A stretch of 32,217 bases of DNA from Nemertoderma westbladi (Eukaryota; Animalia; Xenacoelomorpha): positions 1-32,217 of the forward strand of contig JAUCBJ010002567.1 of assembly GCA_032718475.1 (NCBI GenBank). The letters run 5' to 3'. The position numbers and the translations under genes are program-made. Shown in pieces: positions 8,655-20,161 of the stretch. Every line of letters starts with the position of its first letter. Position 1 is the stretch's first letter. A model generated the notes under the pieces. That model was given only the letters and a program-made list of their open reading frames with translations, was not told the DNA's origin and made no database searches.

Positions 8655-11600
8655 TAGAAAGACAAGGAAGATCAAGACCAATAAAGTAAACCGAACTTAT
8701 GAGCGTAAACAAAAACAGGGTGTCAAACACGAACAAACTAACAAAGGGGAAATAAGAGTTGGTACATACAACTGTTTTGGATTTAACAGTAGTGAACACT
8801 ATATAGATGAGCTATTGCAGGAAATCGACGTTCTTGGGATACAAGAGCATTGGCTCAATGAAATGGAATGTAAGACACTCCTCACTAAACATAATGAGAA
8901 ATTCTATTGTGAATATTCTGTAAGTCCCTTGATGGACAATCAGGGCAATTCAAGAGGAATAGGTGGCACTGCTATATTCATTAGAAGGAGCATATGTTCA
9001 GAGGTGTGTGCAATAGCTGGTGAAGTTTCATTCTGTGGAGCAACTGTAACCATGGCTGGAAGTGCTGAAGATTATCTCTTTATTTCCGGATATGCCCCAG
9101 ATGTCAGCAAAAAGAAGGTTGAATATCAAACTTTTCTTGGCAACATAGCATCTGTGATGGAGGAAAACAGCAATTACACCCCGATTTTACTAATAGATGC
9201 GAATGCAGACCTCGGGCCACTACAGGGTAATCGGTACTGCAGATCAACTCCAACAGCTCGGGGCATCGACCTCAACAATTTTCTTTTAGCAAACGGTATG
9301 ACAGCTTTGGATACATTGACACAATGTAAAGGTCCATATTTCACATTCTATCGTGCGGAGACTGGAGTGTCTTATATCGACCATATTATTGCTCCCATTG
9401 AATTGCAAGATAAACTGATCAAGGGCGAAATATATGAGATGGATGATGCTAATAACTTTGCAGATCACACCCCAGTAACAATACTCTTATGTATCAATTC
9501 CCAACATGCCAGAGAAACAGAAAATAGCAATCACATCATAAAATCGGAGATAGAATTTCGAAAGTGTGAAAGAACTCGAGCCCCTAATTGGAAAGGTGCA
9601 TCTAAGAAACAAGTGGAATCATACTCAGTTAAATTAAACGCCCAGCTAGCCGATCTGCAACAAACACTCAGTCCAAATGAATTGGAGTGGACTGAAGAGG
9701 AATTAAACAGTTACAGCAATAGAGTGCAGAAGATTATATTACAATCTGCTCAAGAAGAAATACCCACCCGACCTCTGCGAAACGGAGGGAGTCGTACTAG
9801 ATCTTCGAGACTGAGACACCATATTAGAAAAGTTTCAGAGCATCTGGATACAATCAAGAAATTAAAACATCAGACTGATCACAACAAAGTAAAAACACAG
9901 AAAAATTCCGAGGCCCTAAAAGAAGCCAAAAAGATTTTAAGAAGACTTACAAATAGAAATAATAAAGACTCGGTGAGAAAGGCAATTCTGAAAGCGGCTA
10001 GTAGCTACAGATACAGACCACAACATTTCTGGAAGCATTTTAACCGTAAAAGGAGGGGGAAGAATCCTATACCCGCGGTAGCACGGGAAGAAATAATAAA
10101 GCGCTTCAGTAATAGTTCAAAAACCTCAAAGGGACAAACAAATATTCAGGAGAAACTTATTGGCTCGTGTAAAAAAACTACAGCTCCAACAATATCCAAG
10201 AATGTAATAAAAATGGTGATCGGAAAGCTGGGAACGGGGAAGGCCCCCGACATTATGTCTCTGACAGCCGAGCATCTCATTTATTCGACAGGAAATGACG
10301 CCATCTGTACCGCACTTGCACAAATAATCAACTCTTGTTTCAATTTGGGAAAAGTACCTAACAGCTTTGGAGATACAATAATTACACATCTCTACAAAGG
10401 GAATAGTCGTGACCCAAAACTGGGAAAGTCATATCGCCCAATTTCAAATTTATCTATGTTTGCCAAAGTTTTTGAGGGAGTAATTCTTCACAATTTCCTA
10501 GGTACAGAATCGAAATACGTTAGTCAGTATCAACTTGGTTATAAAAAGAAAATTGGAGCTGATTTGATTCTCTCAGCTATGATGGAGATAATAGAACGCC
10601 ATAGGCAGGATTGCACACCCATTTACATTTGTCAATTGGATATTGTTTCTGCATTCGACATGGTGGATTATGAGATACTTTTTGAGAGGATTAACTCTAT
10701 TTTAAACCCACATATAACACTGGCCCTCTACAGTTATTACATGCATACAATGATATATTTGAAATTTGATGACTCCATATCCAATATTGGTTTACCAATG
10801 TACATTGGAGTGAAGCAAGGTTCTTTGTTGTCACCGGCATTATTTAATATATATACAACAAATATATTCACTAGTCTTGAAAAATCAAAATTGGGGTGCA
10901 AAATTCTCAATTTATGGATTGGTTGTCTTAATTATGCCGACGATATTATCCTAATGTCAACGTGTCCCATGGAATTAGAACAAATGGCCGATATAGTTGC
11001 AATGGAGACTAGGGAGATTAAATTGTCTCTAGAACCAGCAAAGACGCATTGGATCTGCTGCGGGGCCACACATAGCAGCAATATTCCAACATTTCTTGAT
11101 ATTTGTGGCACGCTTGTACCGATGAATACAAATCTAACATTCCTGGGTGTCACTTTTAACAGAAGAATTAAAGACGGGATACAGAGGTGTACACAGGCAC
11201 TTACTGGAATTGCACGGATGTTTTGGAAGAACAACTGGACTATTGAGATGTTAGACATAGAAACACTTAGTATCTTATGGAAAGCGATTGCTCTTCCCGC
11301 TTTTTTATACCGATGTAAACATTTACTGGGATCACTCACCAATGTAGAGGCGGACAAACTCAACGCTTTTTATAGAGGAAAGCTTAGATCGGTGCTTGGT
11401 CTTGGTAGTTATATAAACAACCCGGTGCTGCTGTCCTCGCTCAATGTGCAGGATTTGATAACAACAATGTGTGTAGCGAATCTTTCCACCATATTAAGAA
11501 TAGCCGATTGTCCGAACTATCCAATACACTACACATTGGTATCTTGTTCATTCCTCTCGAAGGTGGTCAATGGAGTTCGATATCCGGGACTCTGCAGTGC

Positions 11601-11844
11601 ATATGAAAAAGCAACGAAACTTGGACCTCTCCCCGAATTAAAGAGTTTGGTCACATCACAATACAGCAAACGGCAGATATTGGAGAGGATTAGGCCTGGG
11701 GAGGTCAGCGTATCAGATATATACAAAGTAGAGTTTATTAAGAAAACTCTCTCACAAATGACGTTGTCCCGAAAACGCCGTATCGAAAAACTGAAAGAGT
11801 TCTTCAACGCATTACATGTTGCATCAATCTACGGGAATACTTAA
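8647..11844 (+). CDS. LINE-B ORF2: APE endonuclease + reverse transcriptase, 1065 aa, uninterrupted
   Basis: APE motifs GTYNCFG, LGIQEHWL, GGTAIF, DANAD, SYIDHI, ADHTPV. RT motifs YRPISNLSMFAKVFE, YQLGY, LDIVSAFDMV, GVKQGSLLSPALF, LNYADDI, FLGV. Confidence 0.96.
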   Translation: MFSRKTRKIKTNKVNRTYERKQKQGVKHEQTNKGEIRVGTYNCFGFNSSEHYIDELLQEIDVLGIQEHWLNEMECKTLLTKHNEKFYCEYSVSPLMDNQGNSRGIGGTAIFIRRSICSEVCAIAGEVSFCGATVTMAGSAEDYLFISGYAPDVSKKKVEYQTFLGNIASVMEENSNYTPILLIDANADLGPLQGNRYCRSTPTARGIDLNNFLLANGMTALDTLTQCKGPYFTFYRAETGVSYIDHIIAPIELQDKLIKGEIYEMDDANNFADHTPVTILLCINSQHARETENSNHIIKSEIEFRKCERTRAPNWKGASKKQVESYSVKLNAQLADLQQTLSPNELEWTEEELNSYSNRVQKIILQSAQEEIPTRPLRNGGSRTRSSRLRHHIRKVSEHLDTIKKLKHQTDHNKVKTQKNSEALKEAKKILRRLTNRNNKDSVRKAILKAASSYRYRPQHFWKHFNRKRRGKNPIPAVAREEIIKRFSNSSKTSKGQTNIQEKLIGSCKKTTAPTISKNVIKMVIGKLGTGKAPDIMSLTAEHLIYSTGNDAICTALAQIINSCFNLGKVPNSFGDTIITHLYKGNSRDPKLGKSYRPISNLSMFAKVFEGVILHNFLGTESKYVSQYQLGYKKKIGADLILSAMMEIIERHRQDCTPIYICQLDIVSAFDMVDYEILFERINSILNPHITLALYSYYMHTMIYLKFDDSISNIGLPMYIGVKQGSLLSPALFNIYTTNIFTSLEKSKLGCKILNLWIGCLNYADDIILMSTCPMELEQMADIVAMETREIKLSLEPAKTHWICCGATHSSNIPTFLDICGTLVPMNTNLTFLGVTFNRRIKDGIQRCTQALTGIARMFWKNNWTIEMLDIETLSILWKAIALPAFLYRCKHLLGSLTNVEADKLNAFYRGKLRSVLGLGSYINNPVLLSSLNVQDLITTMCVANLSTILRIADCPNYPIHYTLVSCSFLSKVVNGVRYPGLCSAYEKATKLGPLPELKSLVTSQYSKRQILERIRPGEVSVSDIYKVEFIKKTLSQMTLSRKRRIEKLKEFFNALHVASIYGNT

Positions 11845-12353
11845 TACACGTATGTAGTCTGGTCGGGTCTTCCTTGTCGATTTCAGAGACCGATGAGCAG
11901 CTTGCTGATGAGTCATAACTGACTACCGTAAATATCTTTATTTGGAATTTTTGAATCCACATCCTATTACATGTAGCGGGTTATATAGGCTATATTCGAT
12001 GCAATCGTGGCCATTTTAATCTTAACTTAAATTTGTTAATGCACGAAACGAGTCAGCAGCATACCTTGTACTTCACTATTGTGGATCTACGTATCCTTTA
12101 TTTTAATTAAATAATTAATGTATGAAATATATTTTAATTCATAATCTAGAACTACGTGTGAATGTGTTATTTTTAGTAATTGACTTATATTACATAACTG
12201 AAATTTCGTGACCGGGTTGTGTTTATAAATATGTAATATTTAGACATTTCAATTCCCTGTAATGCGGTTTACGAATTTTATTATTTTATTACGAATTTAT
12301 TGTTGATCAAATAAATGCCAGATAGTCTGGCGCTGCGCGCATTGCGCGATAAA

Positions 12354-15057
12354 CTATATACACGCTCACTGTTATATATACGCTCACTGTTATATATACG
12401 CTCACTGTTGTATATACGCTCACTGTTATATACACGCTCACTGTTGTATATACGCTCACTGTTATATACACGCTCACTGTTATATATGCGCTCACTGTTA
12501 TATATACGCTCACTGTTATATATACGCTCACTGTTATATACACGCTCACTGTTATATATATGCTCACTGTTGTATATACGCTCACTGTTATATATACGCT
12601 CACTGTTATATATACGCTCACTGTTATATATACGCTCACTGTTATATATACGCTCACTGTTATATACACGCTCACTGTTATATATACGCTCACTGTTGTA
12701 TATACGCTCACTGTTATATATACGATCACTGTTATATATACGCTCACTGTTATATATACGCTCACTGTTATATATACGCTCACTGTTATATATACGCTCA
12801 CTGTTATATACACGCTCACTGTTATATATACGCTCACTGTTGTATATACGCTCACTGTTATATATACGCTCACTGTTATATATACGCTCACTGTTATATA
12901 TACGCTCACTGTTATATATACGCTTACTGTTATATATACGCTCACTGTTATATATACGCTCACTGTTATATATACGCTCACTGTTATATATACGCTCACT
13001 GTTATATATACGCTCACTGTTATATACACGCTCACTGTTATATACACGCTCACTGTTATATACATGATCACTGTTATATACACGCTCACTGTTATATACA
13101 CGCTCACTGTTATATATACGCTCACTGTTATATATATGCTCACTGTTATATATACGCTCACTGTTATATATACGCTCACTGTTATATATACGCTCACTGT
13201 TATATATACGCTTACTGTTATATATACGCTCACTGTTATATATACGCTCACTGTTGTATATACGCTCACTGTTATATACACGCTCACTGTTATATATACG
13301 CTCACTTGTTATATACACGCTCACTGTTATATATACGCTTACTGTTATATACACGCTCACTGTTATATATATATGCTCACTGTTGTATATACGCTCACTG
13401 TTATATATACGCTCACTGTTATATATACGCTCACTGTTATATATACGCTCACTGTTATATATACGCTCACTGTTATATACACGCTCACTGTTATATATAC
13501 GCTCACTGTTGTATATACGCTCACTGTTATATATACGATCACTGTTATATATACGCTCACTGTTATATATACGCTCACTGTTATATATACGCTCACTGTT
13601 ATATACACGCTCACTGTTATATATACGCTCACTGTTGTATATACGCTCACTGTTATATATACGCTCACTGATGTATATACGCTCACTGTTATATACACGC
13701 TCACTGTTATATATACGCTCACTTGTTATATACACGCTCACTGTTATATATACGCTTACTGTTATATATACACTCACTGTTATATATACGCTCACTGTAG
13801 TATATACGCTCACTGTTATATACACGCTCACTGTTATATATACGCTCACTTGTTATATACACGCTCACTGTTATATATACGCTCACTGTTATATATACGC
13901 TCACTGTTATATACACGCTCACTGTTATATATACGCTCACTGTTATATATACGCTCACTGTTGTATATACGCTCACTGTTATATACACGCTCACTGTTGT
14001 ATATACGCTCACTGTTATATACACGCTCACTGTTATATATGCGCTCACTGTTATATATACGCTCACTGTTATATATACGCTCACTGTTATATACACGCTC
14101 ACTGTTATATATATGCTCACTGTTGTATATACGCTCACTGTTATATATACGCTCACTGTTATATATACGCTCACTGTTATATATACGCTCACTGTTATAT
14201 ATACGCTCACTGTTATATACACGCTCACTGTTATATATACGCTCACTGTTGTATATACGCTCACTGTTATATATACGATCACTGTTATATATACGCTCAC
14301 TGTTATATATACGCTCACTGTTATATATACGCTCACTGTTATATATACGCTCACTGTTATATACACGCTCACTGTTATATATACGCTCACTGTTGTATAT
14401 ACGCTCACTGTTATATATACGCTCACTGTTATATATACGCTCACTGTTATATATACGCTCACTGTTATATATACGCTTACTGTTATATATACGCTCACTG
14501 TTATATATACGCTCACTGTTATATATACGCTCACTGTTATATATACGCTCACTGTTATATATACGCTCACTGTTATATACACGCTCACTGTTATATACAC
14601 GCTCACTGTTATATACATGATCACTGTTATATACACGCTCACTGTTATATATACGCTCACTGTTGTATATACGCTCACTGTTATATATACGCTCACTGTT
14701 ATATATACGCTCACTGTTATATATACGCTCACTGTTATATATACGCTTACTGTTATATATACGCTCACTGTTATATATACGCTCACTGTTATATATACGC
14801 TCACTGTTATATATACGCTCACTGTTGTATATACGCTCACTGTTGTATATACGCTCACTGTTATATACACGCTCACTGTTATATTTACGCTCACTGTTAT
14901 ATACATGATCACTGTTATATACACGCTCACTGTTATATATACGCTCACTGTTATATATACGCTCACTGTTATATATACGCTCACTGTTATATATACGCTC
15001 ACTGTTATATATACGCTCACTGTTATATATACACCACTGTTATATACACGCTCGCTG
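12354..15057. repeat. 18-bp minisatellite, right array (about 150 units)
   Basis: Same unit as 5412-7678; ends about 100 bp before a PRODH splice acceptor. Confidence 0.98.
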
Positions 15058-15155
15058 GTCAGTTTCTAAGACGCCGAAACGAGATTGGCCCAAGTTTGGG
15101 GTGCTGCTTCCGATTGCATCGCATATTCAGACTTTCAGGTTTTATTAACTTTCAG

Positions 15156-15332
15156 AACAGCTGCGACTACATTGGACTAGAAATGGAGCGAGCCGAGAGA
15201 GAAGGAGTTCACTTTGCGGCTAAGTTAGTCCGCGGGGCCTATATGGCGCAGGAGAGACGGCGCGCTAAGGAGTTCGACTATGCCGATCCCATTCATGATA
15301 CATACGAAGACACCACGGATAATTATTTCAAG
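15156..15332 (+). CDS. PRODH: Proline dehydrogenase (PRODH family), internal coding exon
   Basis: ttcag acceptor; NSCDYIGLEMERAEREGVHFAAKLVRGAYMAQERRRAKEFDYADPIHDTYEDTTDNYFK contains the KLVRGAY signature; AAG|GT donor. PRODH versus PRODH2 cannot be resolved by eye. No upstream exon was seen in the window. Confidence 0.92.
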
Positions 15333-15949
15333 GTTGTTTGTTTACTGGTTGTCATTGGTTATTATTCATTAAACTCAATAGTTTTGTAAATTATAATGTG
15401 ACAAATAGATGGGTGAGTTAGATACAAGGTAGGCTGCAATAGAACAGTTTATTTTATACTTTATTTTATACTTTAGATGTGTCGGTTTTGGAATCAACGT
15501 TTGCTTGATAATATATCGTAAAGTTAAGATGATAAACCAGAATACGATAAGTTATCACTAAATATTTAATGGATAAAGATTTAAATATAGTATATAAATA
15601 AGACATCTAACAAGTAATTAATATTAATTGAGGGAACAGATTTTACATTTTCAGAAACTAAAACTGAGATTCGTACATTTTTATTGACTCATATGTTTTA
15701 AAACCTGGTTGGTATACTGGACGATACCATACTGGAATTCATATTGCCAATTCCATACAAATTTGTTCCGACCAATCATGTCTGTTGCTGGAATTCTACC
15801 AGGTAATTATCAAATTTCACTAATATTATTAAGAAGCTCTTAGCTTCTTTCATGTCTCAATTTTTCTGCAGATTTTAGACATGGAGAAGAAAAAAAGTGT
15901 TCTGGAATTTAGCTCCCTGATTGGCTAGAGCTACAATAACATGTTTAGG

Positions 15950-17819
15950 CATACTATAAATACTACAATAATATAATATAATGGGAAGAGCTATTCAGCT
16001 GATGGGATAATACATTACAAACGTGTGTAGGCCTAGTATACTACAATAATATATTATTAGTTGACACACTGGGAAGAGCTATTTAGCTGGTGGGATAATA
16101 CATTACAAACTTGTGTAGGCCTAGTATACTACAATAATATATTATTAGTTGACACACTGGGAAGAGCTATTCAGCTGGTGGTATAATAAATTACAAACTT
16201 GTGTTGGCCTAGTATACTACAATAATATACTATTGGTTGGCACACTGGGAAGAGCTATTCAGCTGGTGGTATAATACATTACAAACTTGTGTAAGCCTAG
16301 TATACTACAATAATATATTATTAGTTGACACACTGGGAAGAGCTATTCAGCTGGTGGGATAATGCATTACAAACTTGTGTAAGCCTAGTATACTACAATA
16401 ATATACTATTAGTTGGCACACTGGGAAGAGCTATTCAGCTGGTGGGATAATACATTACAAACTTGTGTAAGCTTAGTATACTACAATAATATACTATTAG
16501 TTGACACACTGGGAAGAGCTATTCAGCTGGTGGGATAATGCATTACAAACTTGTGTAAGCCTAGTATACTACAATAATATATTATTAGTTGACACACTGG
16601 GAAGAGCTATTCAGCTGGTGGGATAATGCATTACAAACTTGTGTAGGCCTAGTATACTACAATAATATAATATTAGTTGACACACTGGGAAGAGCTATTC
16701 AGCTGGTGGGATAATGCATTACAAACTTGTGTAGGCCTAGTATACTACAATAATATATTATTAGTTGACACACTGGGAAGAGCTATTCAGCTGGTGGGAT
16801 AATGCATTACAAACTTGTGTAGGCCTAGTATACTACAATAATATATTATTAGTTGACACACTGGGAAGAGCTATTCAGCTGGTGGGATAATGCATTACAA
16901 ACTTGTGTAGGCCTAGTATACTGCAATAATATACTATTAGTTGACACACTGGGAAGAGCTATTCAGCTGGTGGGATAATGCATTACAAACTTGTGTAGGC
17001 CTAGTATACTACAATAATATATTATTAGTTGACACACTGGGAAGAGCTATTCAGCTGGTGGGATCATGCATTACAAACTTGTGTAGGCCTTGTATACTAC
17101 AATAATATATTATTAGTTGACACACTGGGAAGAGCTATTCAGCTGGTGGGATAATGCATTACAAACTTGTGTAGGCCTAGTATACTACAATAATATATTA
17201 TTAGTTGACACACTGGGAAGAGCTATTCAGCTGGTGGGATAATGCATTACAAACTTGTGTAGGCCTAGTATACTACAATAATATATTATTAGTTGACACA
17301 CTGGGAAGAGCTATTCAGCTGGTGGGATAATGCATTACAAACTTGTGTAGGCCTAGTGTACTACAATAATATACTATTAGTTGACACACTGGGAAGAGCT
17401 ATTCAGCTGGTGGGATAATGCATTACAAACTTGTGTAGGCCTAGTATACTACAATAATATATTATTAGTTGACACACTGGGAAGAGCTATTCAGCTGGTG
17501 GGATAATGCATTACAAACTTGTGTAGGCCTAGTATACTACAATAATATATTATTAGTTGACACACTGGGAAGAGCTATTCAGCTGGTGGGATAATACATT
17601 ACAAACTTGTGTAGGCCTAGTATACTGCAATAATATATTATTAGTTGACACACTGGGAAGAGCTATTCAGCTGGTGGGATAATGCATTACAAACTTGTGT
17701 AGGCCTAGTATACTACAATAATATATTATTAGTTGACACACTGGGAAGAGCTATTCAGCTGGTGGGATAATACATTACAAACTTGTGTAAGCCTAGTATA
17801 CTGCAATAATATACTATTA
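15950..17819. repeat. 88-bp tandem array, about 21 units, intronic
   Basis: GGGAAGAG recurs at 15983, 16071, 16159 ... 17743 (20 x 88). Unit GGGAAGAGCTATTCAGCTGGTGGGATAATGCATTACAAACTTGTGTAGGCCTAGTATACTACAATAATATATTATTAGTTGACACACT. Confidence 0.97.
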
Positions 17820-18702
17820 TTTCGCTATTATTTTTTTCGAAACTTTTGTCCACATCCTGAGGTTGAGCCGCGTCGATTGATATAACTTTCATTGACGGAC
17901 GAGTTATAGTTTCGGAGGAGTTCACCCGATATACATACCGGTACATAGATAGATAGATAGTGAATACTTTTACAGTAAGACGTCCTAACGGTCTTCTAAT
18001 AATCTAGTAAAGTTCAATAATTATGTCCGCCCCTTCTGTTCATTAACTCTTAGAGAACATAGTAGGCCTACCTACGTCATTTATGTGATATACATTATTG
18101 ACGTATATACATTATTGACGTATATACATTATTTTGAGTGTAACTTGAACGAAGACGTGGACAGTTGAACAGTCGTCTGAAGCGAGAGAGCTTCTTTCGC
18201 TGTGCGCAGCACCGCCATCTATTCAAATATATTCGGTTTCCATGTTAAATGATCGGGAGGTAATTTGTCTGGATTGTAATAAACTTAGGGCCCACCCCTA
18301 CTCATCAAACTTTTGTGTAATATTAATTAATTAATATCTTAACGTATTCTGGTTATATTTAGAATTATTCTACTCTTAACTCTTAAAACTCTTAACTTTA
18401 TTTTTCAAGCAAGTATCCATTCCAAAACGACACCAATACCACCCAATCAAAACCAAAGACGTTAACCATAATATACAGTAAGCAAGTTGTGTTAGTTAGC
18501 GCGGGAAATTCAAATCATCTTCCGGACGAGTTGTGTATGTTAGTATCAATCCTGCAATCACAGCTTACTCTATTAAAATAGAGCCAGAGAGCTGTAGAGT
18601 ACGGTACGCTATAGTATCAATTTATTATATTAAATGTCACAACTATGTCACAATTTAGTCAACTAGTTGTTAATTTGTTCTTGGTCGTTGGGTTGTTACT
18701 CT

Positions 18703-18739
18703 CTGATCTGATCTGATCTGATCTGACTGACTGACTGAC
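18703..18739. repeat. Compound microsatellite (CTGAT)n(CTGA)n
   Basis: ctgatctgatctgatctgatctgactgactgactgac. Confidence 0.85.
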
Positions 18740-19126
18740 GTAGCGGTACCGCGGTACCCCATTGTTCCACGCCGTGGGCCGTCCATTGTTGCGGCGTCGG
18801 TGTCAAGTTACGATAGTTGTTACCGGTACTTGTTAAAAACGATTCTATCGTGATGAGCTGCTAAGTGCTAACGCAATGCGGCCTTAGCTTACCGGTACCT
18901 TACTGTCACTACAGTACTACGTGTACGGCAGTACGGTACCGGTAATGATTAAAAGCCGTTATTAATTTTCATGTGGTACTTACCGGTAGTTAATAGGAGT
19001 TGACTGGTTCTTTTTTAATAATAATAATTTATAACCGCCATAGACTCTTACTATTTCCCATGGTCCCACTTCACCCCCCCCCCCCCCCCCGGCCCCTGTA
19101 CGAACGGTTCTCCAGTTTAAACAACA

Positions 19127-20161
19127 ATGTCCGACGGATTGTGTTGGTTCCACCACCTACCCGAGGAGCTGGTGATCACAATCTTTACCTACCTGGACCA
19201 CGCGACCCTCATCGCCATCCGTAGGGTCTGTCGCTACTGGAACAGACTCGCTAAGATCCCGTTGCTATGGCGACACGTAGACTTGCGTAGCGCCTCGGAC
19301 CGGGTCACCTTGACTACGTTGTGGCGACTAGTAAACCATATCATCCCGTTGCGATTACTCAGCAGTCTCTGTCTCGCTAAGAGATCCACCCGCACGCGAT
19401 TCAGACTGTTTTCCGTGGCGCTTATAAGTAAAATAGCTGCTAGTTGCCCGAATCTTGAGAGGATTGTCCTGGAGAACTGCGACTTAGGCGAAGTAAACTC
19501 CTACCACTTCCCCCCTTCCTGTGTAGATTTGTCGCTGATTCGCTGCGAGATACCCTGCGACTGGTTCGGAAATCTGCAACCGGTTTTTATCACCGGTTTC
19601 CAGCCTCACCTTCACTCGCTCGACCTCAGTAGGTCGACAAGAGTCGATGCCAAAATCCTCCGGGCTATCCGAACCGCCTTCCCCAATCTAATTAAACTGC
19701 ATCTCAGCGGATGTTTCCGTTTGAGTTTCTCCTCGGTGATGTCGGAGGTCTCCCAGATTGATTCTCTCAAGGACTTATCGGTGGCGCGGATTGGCTGCAT
19801 ATCGGACGAGTGTTTGTACCGCTGGCGGGATCGTTTGCGACGGTTCGCTCGACTGGATTTATCGCTCACGGTTGACTCCGCGTCGCTTGCTCGCTACTCC
19901 GTTCTCGGGATCAGTTACGTGGCGACGGGGAACGCGGAACTCGAGATGTTCCGATTCTCGTGGCCCACGGCCCGTCTCGAGGACGACGAGGTCGGCCCAG
20001 TGGTCGAGGAGTTGTCGGGGATGGAGCGACTCCGTCGCGTCGTTGTATCCGATCTCGGTATCGGGAGGGCCGTAGAGACTGAGATTCGACGTCGGTTGAG
20101 TCCCGTAGTCGTCCGGTTCGATAGCGCCACAGAGGTCGCCACTAACTGGGGAGGGAGGTAG
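19127..20161 (+). CDS. FBXL12: F-box/LRR-repeat protein, FBXL12-like, 344 aa, intronless, nested in a PRODH intron
   Basis: F-box LPEELVITIFTYLD...IRRVCRYWNRLA...LWRHVDL, then LRRs (CPNLERIVLENCDL, LSLIRCEIPCDW, FPNLIKLHLSGCFRL) that resemble FBXL12 from memory. acaATG start context; AATAAA at 20213-20218; locally GC/CpG-rich. The F-box/LRR call is firm, the orthology less so. Confidence 0.85.
   Translation: MSDGLCWFHHLPEELVITIFTYLDHATLIAIRRVCRYWNRLAKIPLLWRHVDLRSASDRVTLTTLWRLVNHIIPLRLLSSLCLAKRSTRTRFRLFSVALISKIAASCPNLERIVLENCDLGEVNSYHFPPSCVDLSLIRCEIPCDWFGNLQPVFITGFQPHLHSLDLSRSTRVDAKILRAIRTAFPNLIKLHLSGCFRLSFSSVMSEVSQIDSLKDLSVARIGCISDECLYRWRDRLRRFARLDLSLTVDSASLARYSVLGISYVATGNAELEMFRFSWPTARLEDDEVGPVVEELSGMERLRRVVVSDLGIGRAVETEIRRRLSPVVVRFDSATEVATNWGGR

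Larger units (their letters stand above)
7679..12353 (+). mobile_element. LINE-B: 5'-truncated two-ORF non-LTR retrotransposon (probably CR1/L2 group) inserted in the minisatellite
   Basis: Partial ORF1, intact ORF2, a 3' UTR of about 500 bp ending in AATAAA, two hairpins and AAA. Candidate TSD CTATATA at 7672-7678 and 12354-12360. Confidence 0.93.

Noticed and set aside
11900-12060. CTGATGAG...GAAACGAGTC in the LINE-B 3' UTR as a type I hammerhead
   Set aside because: The core halves are about 130 nt apart, stem II needs two bulges, and stem I cannot form next to the cleavage triplet.
5357-15069. Many long ORFs (up to 712 aa) of YTLTVI/YIRSLL/YIHAHC/YNSERI/VYITVS repeats
   Set aside because: Artefacts of an 18-bp unit lacking stop codons in most frames. 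Only the tail of 13254..15389 is real, where it runs into the PRODH exon.
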